Shown piece after piece: positions 15,425-22,739 of a stretch of 32,000 bases of DNA. A program made the position numbers and the translations under genes. The notes under the pieces are model-generated. The model was given only the letters and a program-made list of their open reading frames with translations, did no database searches and was not told the origin of the DNA. The stretch comes from Demequinaceae bacterium (GTDB lineage Bacteria > Actinomycetota > Actinomycetes > Actinomycetales > Demequinaceae): positions 1,620,001 through 1,652,000 of the forward strand of contig OZ252279.1 of the NCBI GenBank assembly GCA_965250005.1, written 5' to 3'. Every line of letters begins with the position of its first letter. The stretch's first letter is position 1.

Positions 15425-16252
15425 TCAATTGCTGGTGTCGAGTCCGCCTGGGCTCAGTTGAGGAGTGGCTGAGATCTCTGCCATCTCTCCTGCTGAGAGT
15501 TCAAAGTCGAAGACGTCGATGAGTTCGCGCTGTTTCGATGCCACCTTCGACATGGGTATCGGCACGTTCCCCAACTGGAGGTGCCATCGCATGAGCACCT
15601 GGTCGGGCGTGACTCTGTGAGCGGCGGCAATTCCTGCCCACGGCGGATCAACGGAGGCTGAGCCGCCGCCGGTCGGATTCCATGCCTGGCTCACGATTCC
15701 AAGGCGGGCGTCTTCCGCGCGAACGTCATTGCGCGTTGCATAAGGGTTCCATTCGAGTTGATTGATCGAAGGGCTCACCCCGGAGTCTGCGATTAGCTGA
15801 GCAATCACGACTCCCGAGCAGTTACTTACACCGATTGTGCGAATCGCCCCGCTGTTGCGCAGCTCGACTAGTGTGCGCCACGCGTCTAGATACGTGCTCG
15901 CGGCGGGGTCGGGCGAATGGAGCAGAACCACGTCGTTTCGCTCGACCCCAAGTAGCTCCCGCGAGTCCGAGCATGCAAGCAGCACCTGTTCGCGATTGTG
16001 AAACCGACTCGGAACCTTGGTCTGGACGATGATTTCATCCCGCGGCGTCCCGGACGACTTGACGAAGTCGCGCACAGCGTGACCGATCTCCACGTCGTTG
16101 TGGTAATTGGCGGCGCCGTCGATCAACCGAAAGCCGTTTTCGAGCGCCGCGAGTACGGCCTCGTTGCAGTCCGGACCGCGAAGTGGGGCCGTTCCGAACC
16201 CAATGTGCGGAATGCTCGTGCCGTCGTTGAGGTCTCGACTCTGAATCGTCAT
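15425..16252 (-). CDS. aldo/keto reductase, paralogue of 897-1745
   Basis: I start it at ATG 16252 (MTIQSRDLNDGTSIPHIGFGTAPL). The tetrad context is DGAANYHND, QTKVP, LLHSP. The ORF-track extension to 16321 reads through a tRNA fragment. Confidence 0.85.
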   Translation of the reverse strand: MTIQSRDLNDGTSIPHIGFGTAPLRGPDCNEAVLAALENGFRLIDGAANYHNDVEIGHAVRDFVKSSGTPRDEIIVQTKVPSRFHNREQVLLACSDSRELLGVERNDVVLLHSPDPAASTYLDAWRTLVELRNSGAIRTIGVSNCSGVVIAQLIADSGVSPSINQLEWNPYATRNDVRAEDARLGIVSQAWNPTGGGSASVDPPWAGIAAAHRVTPDQVLMRWHLQLGNVPIPMSKVASKQRELIDVFDFELSAGEMAEISATPQLSPGGLDTSN

Positions 16253-16283
16253 GGTTCCAGCGTACGCGTCACCGCGGTGTGTT

Positions 16284-16331
16284 CCGTGGTGGGCCCCGTG
16301 GGGCTCGAACCCACGACCCACGGATTAGAAG
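16284..16331 (-). repeat. att direct repeat: duplicated 3' part of tRNA-Lys (distal island boundary)
   Basis: ccgtggtgggccccgtggggctcgaacccacgacccacggatta(g)aag equals 25125-25172 with one mismatch (16328 g vs 25169 a). Confidence 0.85.
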
Positions 16332-16473
16332 AGCGTGCGGGGACTTGACGTTGCTCGACCGGCGTGTGCCTCGGCGCCCGTCTCTGAACCGGGCCTACGC
16401 AGAGAAGCCACGAGCATTGCGGTCGCGGCCGGGTGAGCGCAGACTGTGGTGGTCGACGCGCGTCGAGGCGCGG

Positions 16474-16495
16474 TTGGAGGGGATTTGGAGGGGAT
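16474..16495 (+). promoter_or_regulatory. tandem 11-bp motif TTGGAGGGGAT x2 (candidate recombinase arm site)
   Basis: ttggaggggat ttggaggggat lies 143 bp inside the distal att repeat. The same 10-mer tggaggggat recurs at 25071-25080. Confidence 0.4.
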
Positions 16496-16497
16496 GG

Positions 16498-17616
16498 CTA
16501 GCTCCCGAGCAGAACCTTCGCAGAAACCAACTTGACTGGAGCGACGGCCTTTGAAGAGGTGTCGACGCGCACTTCGATTTGCAGTTCGCGCTCGACTTCG
16601 ATTTCGAAGTAGTGGTCGTTTGTTTCTCCGCGAAACTCGTTGCCGCCGAACTCCTCGTCCGGAACGGAGAAGTAGTCTCCCTTGAAAACGAATGTACTGA
16701 ATGTGACTGTCGCCAGCAGTGACCAAGATGGATCGGGCGAATCGGGCCAAGCTGCAGCTGAATGTACGTCGAGATTCCAGCCTTCGTAATCGCCTTCCGT
16801 GTCGAGGCCGATGTGGAAGTCTAGCGCGAAGCCATCTCGGAACTCAGGATGCTCGTTCTCCGGCCCTGCGAGATCACGTTGGCTCTCTTCGGCCGCCCAC
16901 TCCATGATCAGCGCATACGCAAGAAAATCGCGTGGATGTCCTTCTTGTTGCAGCAGCGGTTCCAAGTACCGTTGAGCACTAACAATATCTGGCACCAAGA
17001 CGATCCTTTCGGCGCCTAGACCACGTTCTGACGCCTCTGCCATGAGCTCGGGTGCGAGGCGCGGGCTGGATTTAGTGCTTGTATCGACAAACGCGGCCCG
17101 GTCCTCCGTCACGAAAATGAATGTGTCGTCTTGATTTGAAGCCATCGCGGTGAGCAAACCCTCCCAAATCACGGCATCGCGAAGCCCTTTTGACTCGGGC
17201 CGCTTCGCGTTGGGATCGAAGTATGCGAACGGCCGTTGCGGCCCTAAGTCTCGTTCGACCAGCGTCTGGACCGGAATCTGTGGCCATTCGAGCAGTGTCA
17301 GCCAAGGTGCCGTGAAGTACCGCTCGCTCACCTCTTGGCTCACCCGGTCGATGTGCCCGTGGTATTCGGAAAGTTTTGTTTCGATCTCGCTATCGTTGGT
17401 GAGTTCGCGAAACTTGCGCATTGAGGCGACGGAACGGCTCTTCAACTCTTCGATTTCGCGCAGGCGGTGTCTCGCGAGCTCCGCCCGAACGACGGGAGAT
17501 AGCCAGACTTCGACATCCGCGTACTCGGATCCCAGCGCCTTCAGAATCTCGAATCGCGGGCCTTGCCAGTAGTGATCTCCAAAGAGCGAGTTCGTATCGG
17601 GATAAATGACGTACAC
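16498..17616 (-). CDS. PIN-like (DUF4935-type) domain protein with unassigned C-terminal domain
   Basis: 372-aa ORF with GTG start 17616 and GGAAAGG 8 nt upstream. Acidic PIN-like positions are YPDTNSL, VVRAELARH, GLRDAVIWEGL and FVTEDRAAF. The C-terminal ~170 aa is unrecognised. Confidence 0.6.
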   Translation of the reverse strand: MYVIYPDTNSLFGDHYWQGPRFEILKALGSEYADVEVWLSPVVRAELARHRLREIEELKSRSVASMRKFRELTNDSEIETKLSEYHGHIDRVSQEVSERYFTAPWLTLLEWPQIPVQTLVERDLGPQRPFAYFDPNAKRPESKGLRDAVIWEGLLTAMASNQDDTFIFVTEDRAAFVDTSTKSSPRLAPELMAEASERGLGAERIVLVPDIVSAQRYLEPLLQQEGHPRDFLAYALIMEWAAEESQRDLAGPENEHPEFRDGFALDFHIGLDTEGDYEGWNLDVHSAAAWPDSPDPSWSLLATVTFSTFVFKGDYFSVPDEEFGGNEFRGETNDHYFEIEVERELQIEVRVDTSSKAVAPVKLVSAKVLLGS

Positions 17617-17843
17617 GCAATAGGCCTTTCCGATCGGCAGGATCGCGCCGAGGTTGGCTGGCGCGATTGGTGCGGTGCGACCAACGCGAACGCTCTTCCT
17701 GTGCAGGGCTCTGCCAATCTACGGCGAATGCCAAGACTTCGCATTCCCGGAGCATGTCGCCTACGGTCAACAGTGCGCCCTGCCGTGAGATTGAAGGAGA
17801 GCACCAGTACGCTTTGTGACAGCTCGACGGGAGGTGATTCGCG

Positions 17844-18341
17844 GTGGATTGGTCAGGGTTTGTGCCGACGTTGCTCGCGACTCTCGCGGGCGCGAGCGTT
17901 GGTGTCGCTGGGGTCTACCTTGCGTTCCGATGGGAGAGCAGGCGGAACTACGAGAGCGCACTGGACGGTGCACTTGCCACAGTCATGCGCGAATTTGCCG
18001 CGCGCAACGAGGCGTTGAATCATTGGTCCGCAGATCTGGCAAAGGCCTCGAGCGGGCCGGCACCCCCCGATCTCGCTCTAGTCGCCTCGATTGAAGTTGC
18101 GGAGATGCTCGCCCGAGGAAAGGATTTCGAGTTCATGAAGCAAGTCGCGATCACCTATCTCCAGATCAAGAATTCGGCGCCGCTGCGCCAGGCAAATGCG
18201 AATGCTGTTGTCGTTGGCACGATCGGCCGTTGGCGCGGAGGATGGTGGGACGCGGAGAAGGCGCAGGCAAGTTTGGACACCGCCAAATCGCTCGCGAGCG
18301 GCCGAGTGGACAATGACGACGCCACCAAAGGCGATCCGTAG
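17844..18341 (+). CDS. small membrane-anchored protein, unknown function
   Basis: 165-aa ORF with GTG start preceded by GGGAGGTG. A single N-terminal hydrophobic helix (FVPTLLATLAGASVGVAGVYLAF) is followed by a helical soluble part. Confidence 0.5.
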   Translation: MDWSGFVPTLLATLAGASVGVAGVYLAFRWESRRNYESALDGALATVMREFAARNEALNHWSADLAKASSGPAPPDLALVASIEVAEMLARGKDFEFMKQVAITYLQIKNSAPLRQANANAVVVGTIGRWRGGWWDAEKAQASLDTAKSLASGRVDNDDATKGDP

Positions 18342-18723
18342 CGCGGAGGCTTGTCCAGCGCGAGCACCGAAAACCCACAGTTCCCCGTCCGTTGCAGACC
18401 GCGAGCGACCGTCCGAGTCTTGCGCGAACCGCTAAAGGAGAATCAAGTCTGCAAACCCCCTTGCGGCCAACGCTCTCGTGCGGTTACCGTTGAACGACAA
18501 CTGAAAATCCAGTGCTGTTCCGAAGGCCATGCGATGTCATGAGCAACCGGAGGACGCAAGCGACTGCGCAAAGAACACGGCGACGTACCGGATCCATCTC
18601 GACTTACGCACGTGGGACGTGTAGCCGAGCAGCTGAACTCTAACGACTAGTGAAGTCGAAGGGTTCAGGCTCGGCTTTTCTGTTTCTCCGGCGACCTGAT
18701 CCTTTCGATTGAAAGGACATGTA

Positions 18724-18936
18724 ATGGCTGAAGTATCAGATCCTAAGCACTGGCTCGACACCGCCGCGGCCGCCGAGTACGTGGGTATGACCGAGCGTCA
18801 GATTCGTCGGGCACGCACGAGTGGCCACTTGGGCTGCACGAGGCTCGGAGGCAACCGGGCTCTTCACAGCATCGAACAACTCGAGGCCTATATTGAGCGC
18901 TGCGTCGAGGGCCCGAAGTCGGCTGGCGATGAGTAG
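18724..18936 (+). CDS. excisionase/AlpA-like helix-turn-helix DNA-binding protein
   Basis: ATG 18724 has GAAAGGA upstream. WLDTAAAAEYVGMTERQIRRARTSG is a typical Xis/MerR-type HTH. The stop overlaps the next gene's start (ATGAGTAG). Confidence 0.7.
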   Translation: MAEVSDPKHWLDTAAAAEYVGMTERQIRRARTSGHLGCTRLGGNRALHSIEQLEAYIERCVEGPKSAGDE

Positions 18937-19558
18937 GCCACTCGATCAGTTCAGCCATGTAGCCACATACCGTTACACCGATCACAACGGACGCACGCTC
19001 TTTGAGAAGCGACGGTACGAGTTCCTCGACCCGATTGGCGATGTCCGCGAGAAGACGTTTCGATACTGGGACCCGGCGACGCAGCGGATGCGCAAGCCTT
19101 CGGGTGCTGATCGTTGCCTGTATCGGATTCCTTCATTGCGGGTCGCGTTGCGGCGCGGCAGGCCAATTCATTTGCCGGAGGGCGAGAAGGATGCCGATGC
19201 CCTGCGCGAGGCGGGCGTTGTCGCAACGTCCCATCACCAAGGCGCTGGGCATTCGACTCTGGATCAGGCGCGTCTGCTTCGGCGCGCTTCCCGGGTCGTG
19301 CTTTGGATGGATCGCGACAGCCCAAACCCTGAAGTCGGCGCGTACGACGTTGCGCTGCGGTACAACAACTTGATCTCGGCCGGGCTCCGTCCGGATCAGT
19401 TGACGATAGTTGGCGCACGTACAGGCAAGGACCCGTTCGACCATCTTCAACACCACAACATGGATGACTCCATTGAGATCGACCGGGAGTGGCTCTCCTC
19501 TACGGCGTGGCGGTTCACGAAACGAAGCGCGCGAGAGAAGGGGTATCGACGTGTCTGA
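18929..19558 (+). CDS. Toprim-domain primase-like protein
   Basis: ATG is at 18929. YRYTDHNGRTLFEKRRY...LYRIPSL...IHLPEGEKDADAL...VVLWMDRDSPNPEVG gives the Toprim E and DxD acidic motifs. Confidence 0.7.
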   Translation: MSRPLDQFSHVATYRYTDHNGRTLFEKRRYEFLDPIGDVREKTFRYWDPATQRMRKPSGADRCLYRIPSLRVALRRGRPIHLPEGEKDADALREAGVVATSHHQGAGHSTLDQARLLRRASRVVLWMDRDSPNPEVGAYDVALRYNNLISAGLRPDQLTIVGARTGKDPFDHLQHHNMDDSIEIDREWLSSTAWRFTKRSAREKGYRRV

Positions 19559-19753
19559 GCTGATGATCCCCGGGAGCCGCCTGAGCGGTTTCAGTTTGAG
19601 GCAGAGGTTGAGCGGCGCGTCTGGCAGGAGCGGGCGCGCCGCGAGGCGACCCTGCGCCTCGCCGCCGACGAAGCGCGCAGTGGCTTCACAACTCTCTCAG
19701 GCAGGTCCCTGGCAGATGCACTGGCGGCGGAACCCGTCGAAGAGCAGCCGTGG

Positions 19754-20740
19754 GTGATCGAGGGTCTGCAACGAGTCGGTCACAAGGCCACCCTGGTCGC
19801 CCAATACAAGGCCGGCAAGACCACGTTTGTTACCAACGTCGCAAAGGCGCTGGTCGATGGAGAGCCGTTCGCCGGCAAGTTTGAGACGTTCTTGCCAGAA
19901 GGAAACGTCGTCTGTTTCGACTACGAACTACAGCCTCGTGACAGCCTCGACAACTTCCGACGCGTCGGCGTGAGAAACACCCATCGGATACTCGTTGAAC
20001 ATCTGCGGGGCGATCACCTCAATCTTGCGAACGACTATGTTGCGAACCACGTCGTCGAGTACCTGAAAAAGCATGACGCCGCCTACCTGATTCTCGACAC
20101 GTTTGGCCGTGCCATGCGCGGGTTTGGAGAGGAGAACTCGAACGACGATGTGCGGGCTTTTTTCATGCAGATGGACAGAATTCTTCGCGAAGCTGGTTTG
20201 TTGGGCTGTCTCATACCGGTTCACACAGGGCGTTCCGCTGAGGCGGGTGCACAGAGCCGGGCACGAGGTGCGAGTGTGCTGGACGACGACCCCGATGTGA
20301 GATGGGTACTGCATCGCAATGGCGACCAACGGTCTTTGAGTGCTGAGGGGCGAGCGGGAATATCAGTAGAAAAGACTCCGCTCGCCTTCGATCCCGAGAC
20401 GCGGCGGCTCTCTGTTTCAGCCCGCCGGACGCTGATTCCCGAAAGCCTCCGCGAGAAGATCCTGGCCTACGTCGAAGCGTCTCCAGGTTGTTCCTTGCGG
20501 TCAATCAAGGGTGGCGTCTCGGGCAGGGACACGGCCATCGCGGATAATGTCAGAGTCCTGCTTGAAGAGAGGCGACTTCAACTTAGGGGTGGGCCGGGTC
20601 GGTCCCACCGCCACTACGCAACTGCAGATGAGCCTGATGCGCACCGAGGCCGCGAGGCCCCCTCTAAGGAGGGGCCTCGGGCCTCGGGAGGCGCGTCATC
20701 GCGCAAGGATGACTCGGGTGTTGGGCGCGGCGATGAGTGA
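19754..20740 (+). CDS. RecA-like/AAA_25-type ATPase (RepA-like) with 5' end apparently disrupted
   Basis: Walker A is AQYKAGKTTF and Walker B is AYLILDTFG. The protein-like frame stays open upstream to TGA 19556-19558 without any ATG/GTG/TTG, so GTG 19754 is only the first canonical start. Confidence 0.7.
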   Translation: MIEGLQRVGHKATLVAQYKAGKTTFVTNVAKALVDGEPFAGKFETFLPEGNVVCFDYELQPRDSLDNFRRVGVRNTHRILVEHLRGDHLNLANDYVANHVVEYLKKHDAAYLILDTFGRAMRGFGEENSNDDVRAFFMQMDRILREAGLLGCLIPVHTGRSAEAGAQSRARGASVLDDDPDVRWVLHRNGDQRSLSAEGRAGISVEKTPLAFDPETRRLSVSARRTLIPESLREKILAYVEASPGCSLRSIKGGVSGRDTAIADNVRVLLEERRLQLRGGPGRSHRHYATADEPDAHRGREAPSKEGPRASGGASSRKDDSGVGRGDE

Positions 20741-20927
20741 ACTCAGCGAACCGCGTAGGCGGCCCAGCGAGGGCCTCTTCGCCAGAGAAATGCCTGCTCC
20801 GCAGGGGTTGCATCCCCTCGTGATTTCCGACCCTTTGCATCGCGAAATTCGATCCCCTGTAGCCAAGACGTCCGTATTGGCGTTCGATTCCCTCTCAACG
20901 ATGTCGGCGATTGCGAAGGAGAAGCCC

Positions 20928-21569
20928 GTGAGCAAGGTCGTTGGATACATGCGAGTGAGCACGGAGGAGCAAGGACGGAGCGGCCTAGGGTTGGAGGGTC
21001 AACGTCAAGCGATCGCCTCACACGCCAAGGCGAAGGGGTGGGACGTCGTCTGGCTTGCCGACGAAGGCGCGTCTGCGAAATCGCTTGCCCGTCCCGCGCT
21101 TCAGGAAGCGCTCGCCCGGTTGAGTCAAGGTGAGGCGAGTGCTCTCGTGGTGTCGAAGCTGGACCGTCTTTCGCGCTCGGTGCAGGACTTCGCGAGCCTA
21201 TTGGAGATTGCCAAGAAACAAGAGTGGGCGGTCAATGCTCTCGATGTTGGTGTAGACACGACAACGTCCGGCGGTGAGCTGGTCGCGAACGTCATGGCCG
21301 CCGTCGCCCAATGGGAGAGACGCGCAATCGGCGAGCGCACCTCGGTCGCACTACGCGCCGCCCAGGAGAGGGGTGTGAAACTCGGCCGTCCGCGCGCCGT
21401 CTCAGGCGCCGCCGTGAGGCGAATGGTGGAACTTCGCGCGCTCGGGATGTCGTTTCGGCGCGTCGCGGAAGCCCTCAACGCCGAGGGGGTGGCGACCGCT
21501 CATGGTGGGCGGTGGCACCCAAGCACAGTCTCGCGGATCGTCGGCCGCGAGCCCCAGGGGGCGGCCTGA
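20928..21569 (+). CDS. small serine recombinase (resolvase/invertase family)
   Basis: GTG 20928 follows AAGGAG by 6 nt (alternative ATG 20901). VVGYMRVSTEEQ carries the catalytic Ser. Also present are LVVSKLDRLSRS, a WERRAIGERT linker and a C-terminal HTH. Confidence 0.85.
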   Translation: MSKVVGYMRVSTEEQGRSGLGLEGQRQAIASHAKAKGWDVVWLADEGASAKSLARPALQEALARLSQGEASALVVSKLDRLSRSVQDFASLLEIAKKQEWAVNALDVGVDTTTSGGELVANVMAAVAQWERRAIGERTSVALRAAQERGVKLGRPRAVSGAAVRRMVELRALGMSFRRVAEALNAEGVATAHGGRWHPSTVSRIVGREPQGAA

Positions 21570-22705
21570 TGGCCCATTTGCGCGAAGTCTCCCGAGCCAC
21601 CGGCATCGCGCACGAAGTTCGCTGGCGCGTTCACGGCAGATTCCAGCAACGTACGTTCTCTGTGAAGCGTGAAGCCGAGCGGTTCGCTCTCAAGGTTGAG
21701 ACCGAGTTGCAGGACGGCGGCTCGACTCATTTGCTCGTTCGCCGCGACGAGACTGTCTCCGCGGTGATCGCCGAAAGCCTGGCCGCATCACGCGCGTCGC
21801 TCAAGGAGCGCACCTACCTTTCGTACGTGTCGATCTACGAAGGCCGCATTCTGCCGCGCTTCGGTCACCGCAAGGTCGTCTCCGTAACCAGGGCTGAAGT
21901 TCAAGGTTGGGTCAACGATCTCCACGACGAAGGTCTCGCGGCGGCCACCGTCCACCACCACTACATCGCACTGAAAAAGGCATTCCGCTACGCATTGGAC
22001 GACCGGCTGATTGCCCACAGCCCGTGCGACGCAGTATGGCTGCCCAAGGGCGATACACGTGAGGGCTTCGAGCCGGTGTTTCTCACCGCCTCCCAAGTCG
22101 AGGCACTGGCGGCCCGGCTCGACATCGCGCATCCCTACGGGCTCCTCGTCCGCTTCGCGGCATACACGGGCCTCCGCGCTGGTGAGATAACCGGCCTGCG
22201 CATCCGCGACCTCGACCTCGAGAATGGCCGAATCTCCGTGCGCCAAACTCTGCAACGCATTCAAGGCGAGTGGGTTGTGGGGACACCGAAGTCGAAGCGT
22301 TCCACGAGAGTCGTCCCACTGCTCGATCGGCGACTTGTCGCCGACATCCGAAACCTGTTGGATGAGCATCCGAACTCGGGCGACTCCGAGGCTCTTGTGT
22401 GGCCTGGCAGGGTGCCTGGCTCTCACCGCATCGCCTGGGATCGCGTCTTCGATGTCGCGTCGTTCCGGCGAAACTACATGCGGCCCGCGCTCGCAGACAG
22501 CGGGCTACCGGACATGCGATTTCATGACCTGCGCCATACTTTCGCTTCGCTGGCGATTGCCGCAGGTTTCGCGCCATACAAGACCAGTCGGTGGTTGGGG
22601 CACGCTAGCGTTGCCACGACTGACCTCATCTACGCGCACATGTACGCTATCGACCACGAAAGCGTTGCCGACCAATTTGAGACCTTTTTGATGGGTGGGA
22701 ACTAG
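21569..22705 (+). CDS. tyrosine-type site-specific integrase
   Basis: ATG 21569 overlaps the recombinase stop (TGATG). Motifs are an N-terminal SAM-like core-binding region, AYTGLRAGEITGLR (Arg), HDLRHTF (His/Arg) and GHASVATTDLIYAH (Tyr). Confidence 0.9.
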   Translation: MAHLREVSRATGIAHEVRWRVHGRFQQRTFSVKREAERFALKVETELQDGGSTHLLVRRDETVSAVIAESLAASRASLKERTYLSYVSIYEGRILPRFGHRKVVSVTRAEVQGWVNDLHDEGLAAATVHHHYIALKKAFRYALDDRLIAHSPCDAVWLPKGDTREGFEPVFLTASQVEALAARLDIAHPYGLLVRFAAYTGLRAGEITGLRIRDLDLENGRISVRQTLQRIQGEWVVGTPKSKRSTRVVPLLDRRLVADIRNLLDEHPNSGDSEALVWPGRVPGSHRIAWDRVFDVASFRRNYMRPALADSGLPDMRFHDLRHTFASLAIAAGFAPYKTSRWLGHASVATTDLIYAHMYAIDHESVADQFETFLMGGN

Positions 22706-22739
22706 TCCCCAGCGCCGGTTGAAGCAAGAGGGTCCTCGG

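Noticed and set aside
16253-16321. N-terminal extension of the second aldo/keto reductase (MGRGFEPHGAHHGTHRGDAYAGT...).
   Set aside because: It reads straight through the duplicated tRNA-Lys T-arm and acceptor fragment. The AKR homology begins at ATG 16252.
16328-16328. The single att mismatch would turn the anticodon into UCU, hinting at a second (Arg) tRNA origin.
   Set aside because: The 16284-16331 copy lacks the entire 5' half of a tRNA. One substitution next to the crossover region is expected from attP/attB divergence.
19563-19580. Programmed -1 ribosomal frameshift at CCCCGGG linking ATG 19563 to the ATPase frame.
   Set aside because: In the ATG frame the codons are atc-ccc-ggg, which do not form an X XXY YYZ slippery heptamer. 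I see no obvious downstream stimulatory structure. Mutation or sequence error is the simpler explanation.
20511-20927. 5' extensions of the serine recombinase ORF (20511) and of the integrase ORF (21311-21568).
   Set aside because: The extensions are Arg/Pro-rich and overlap the preceding genes. Recombinase family homology starts at VVGYMRVST and MAHLREVS, where good RBS or coupling signals exist.
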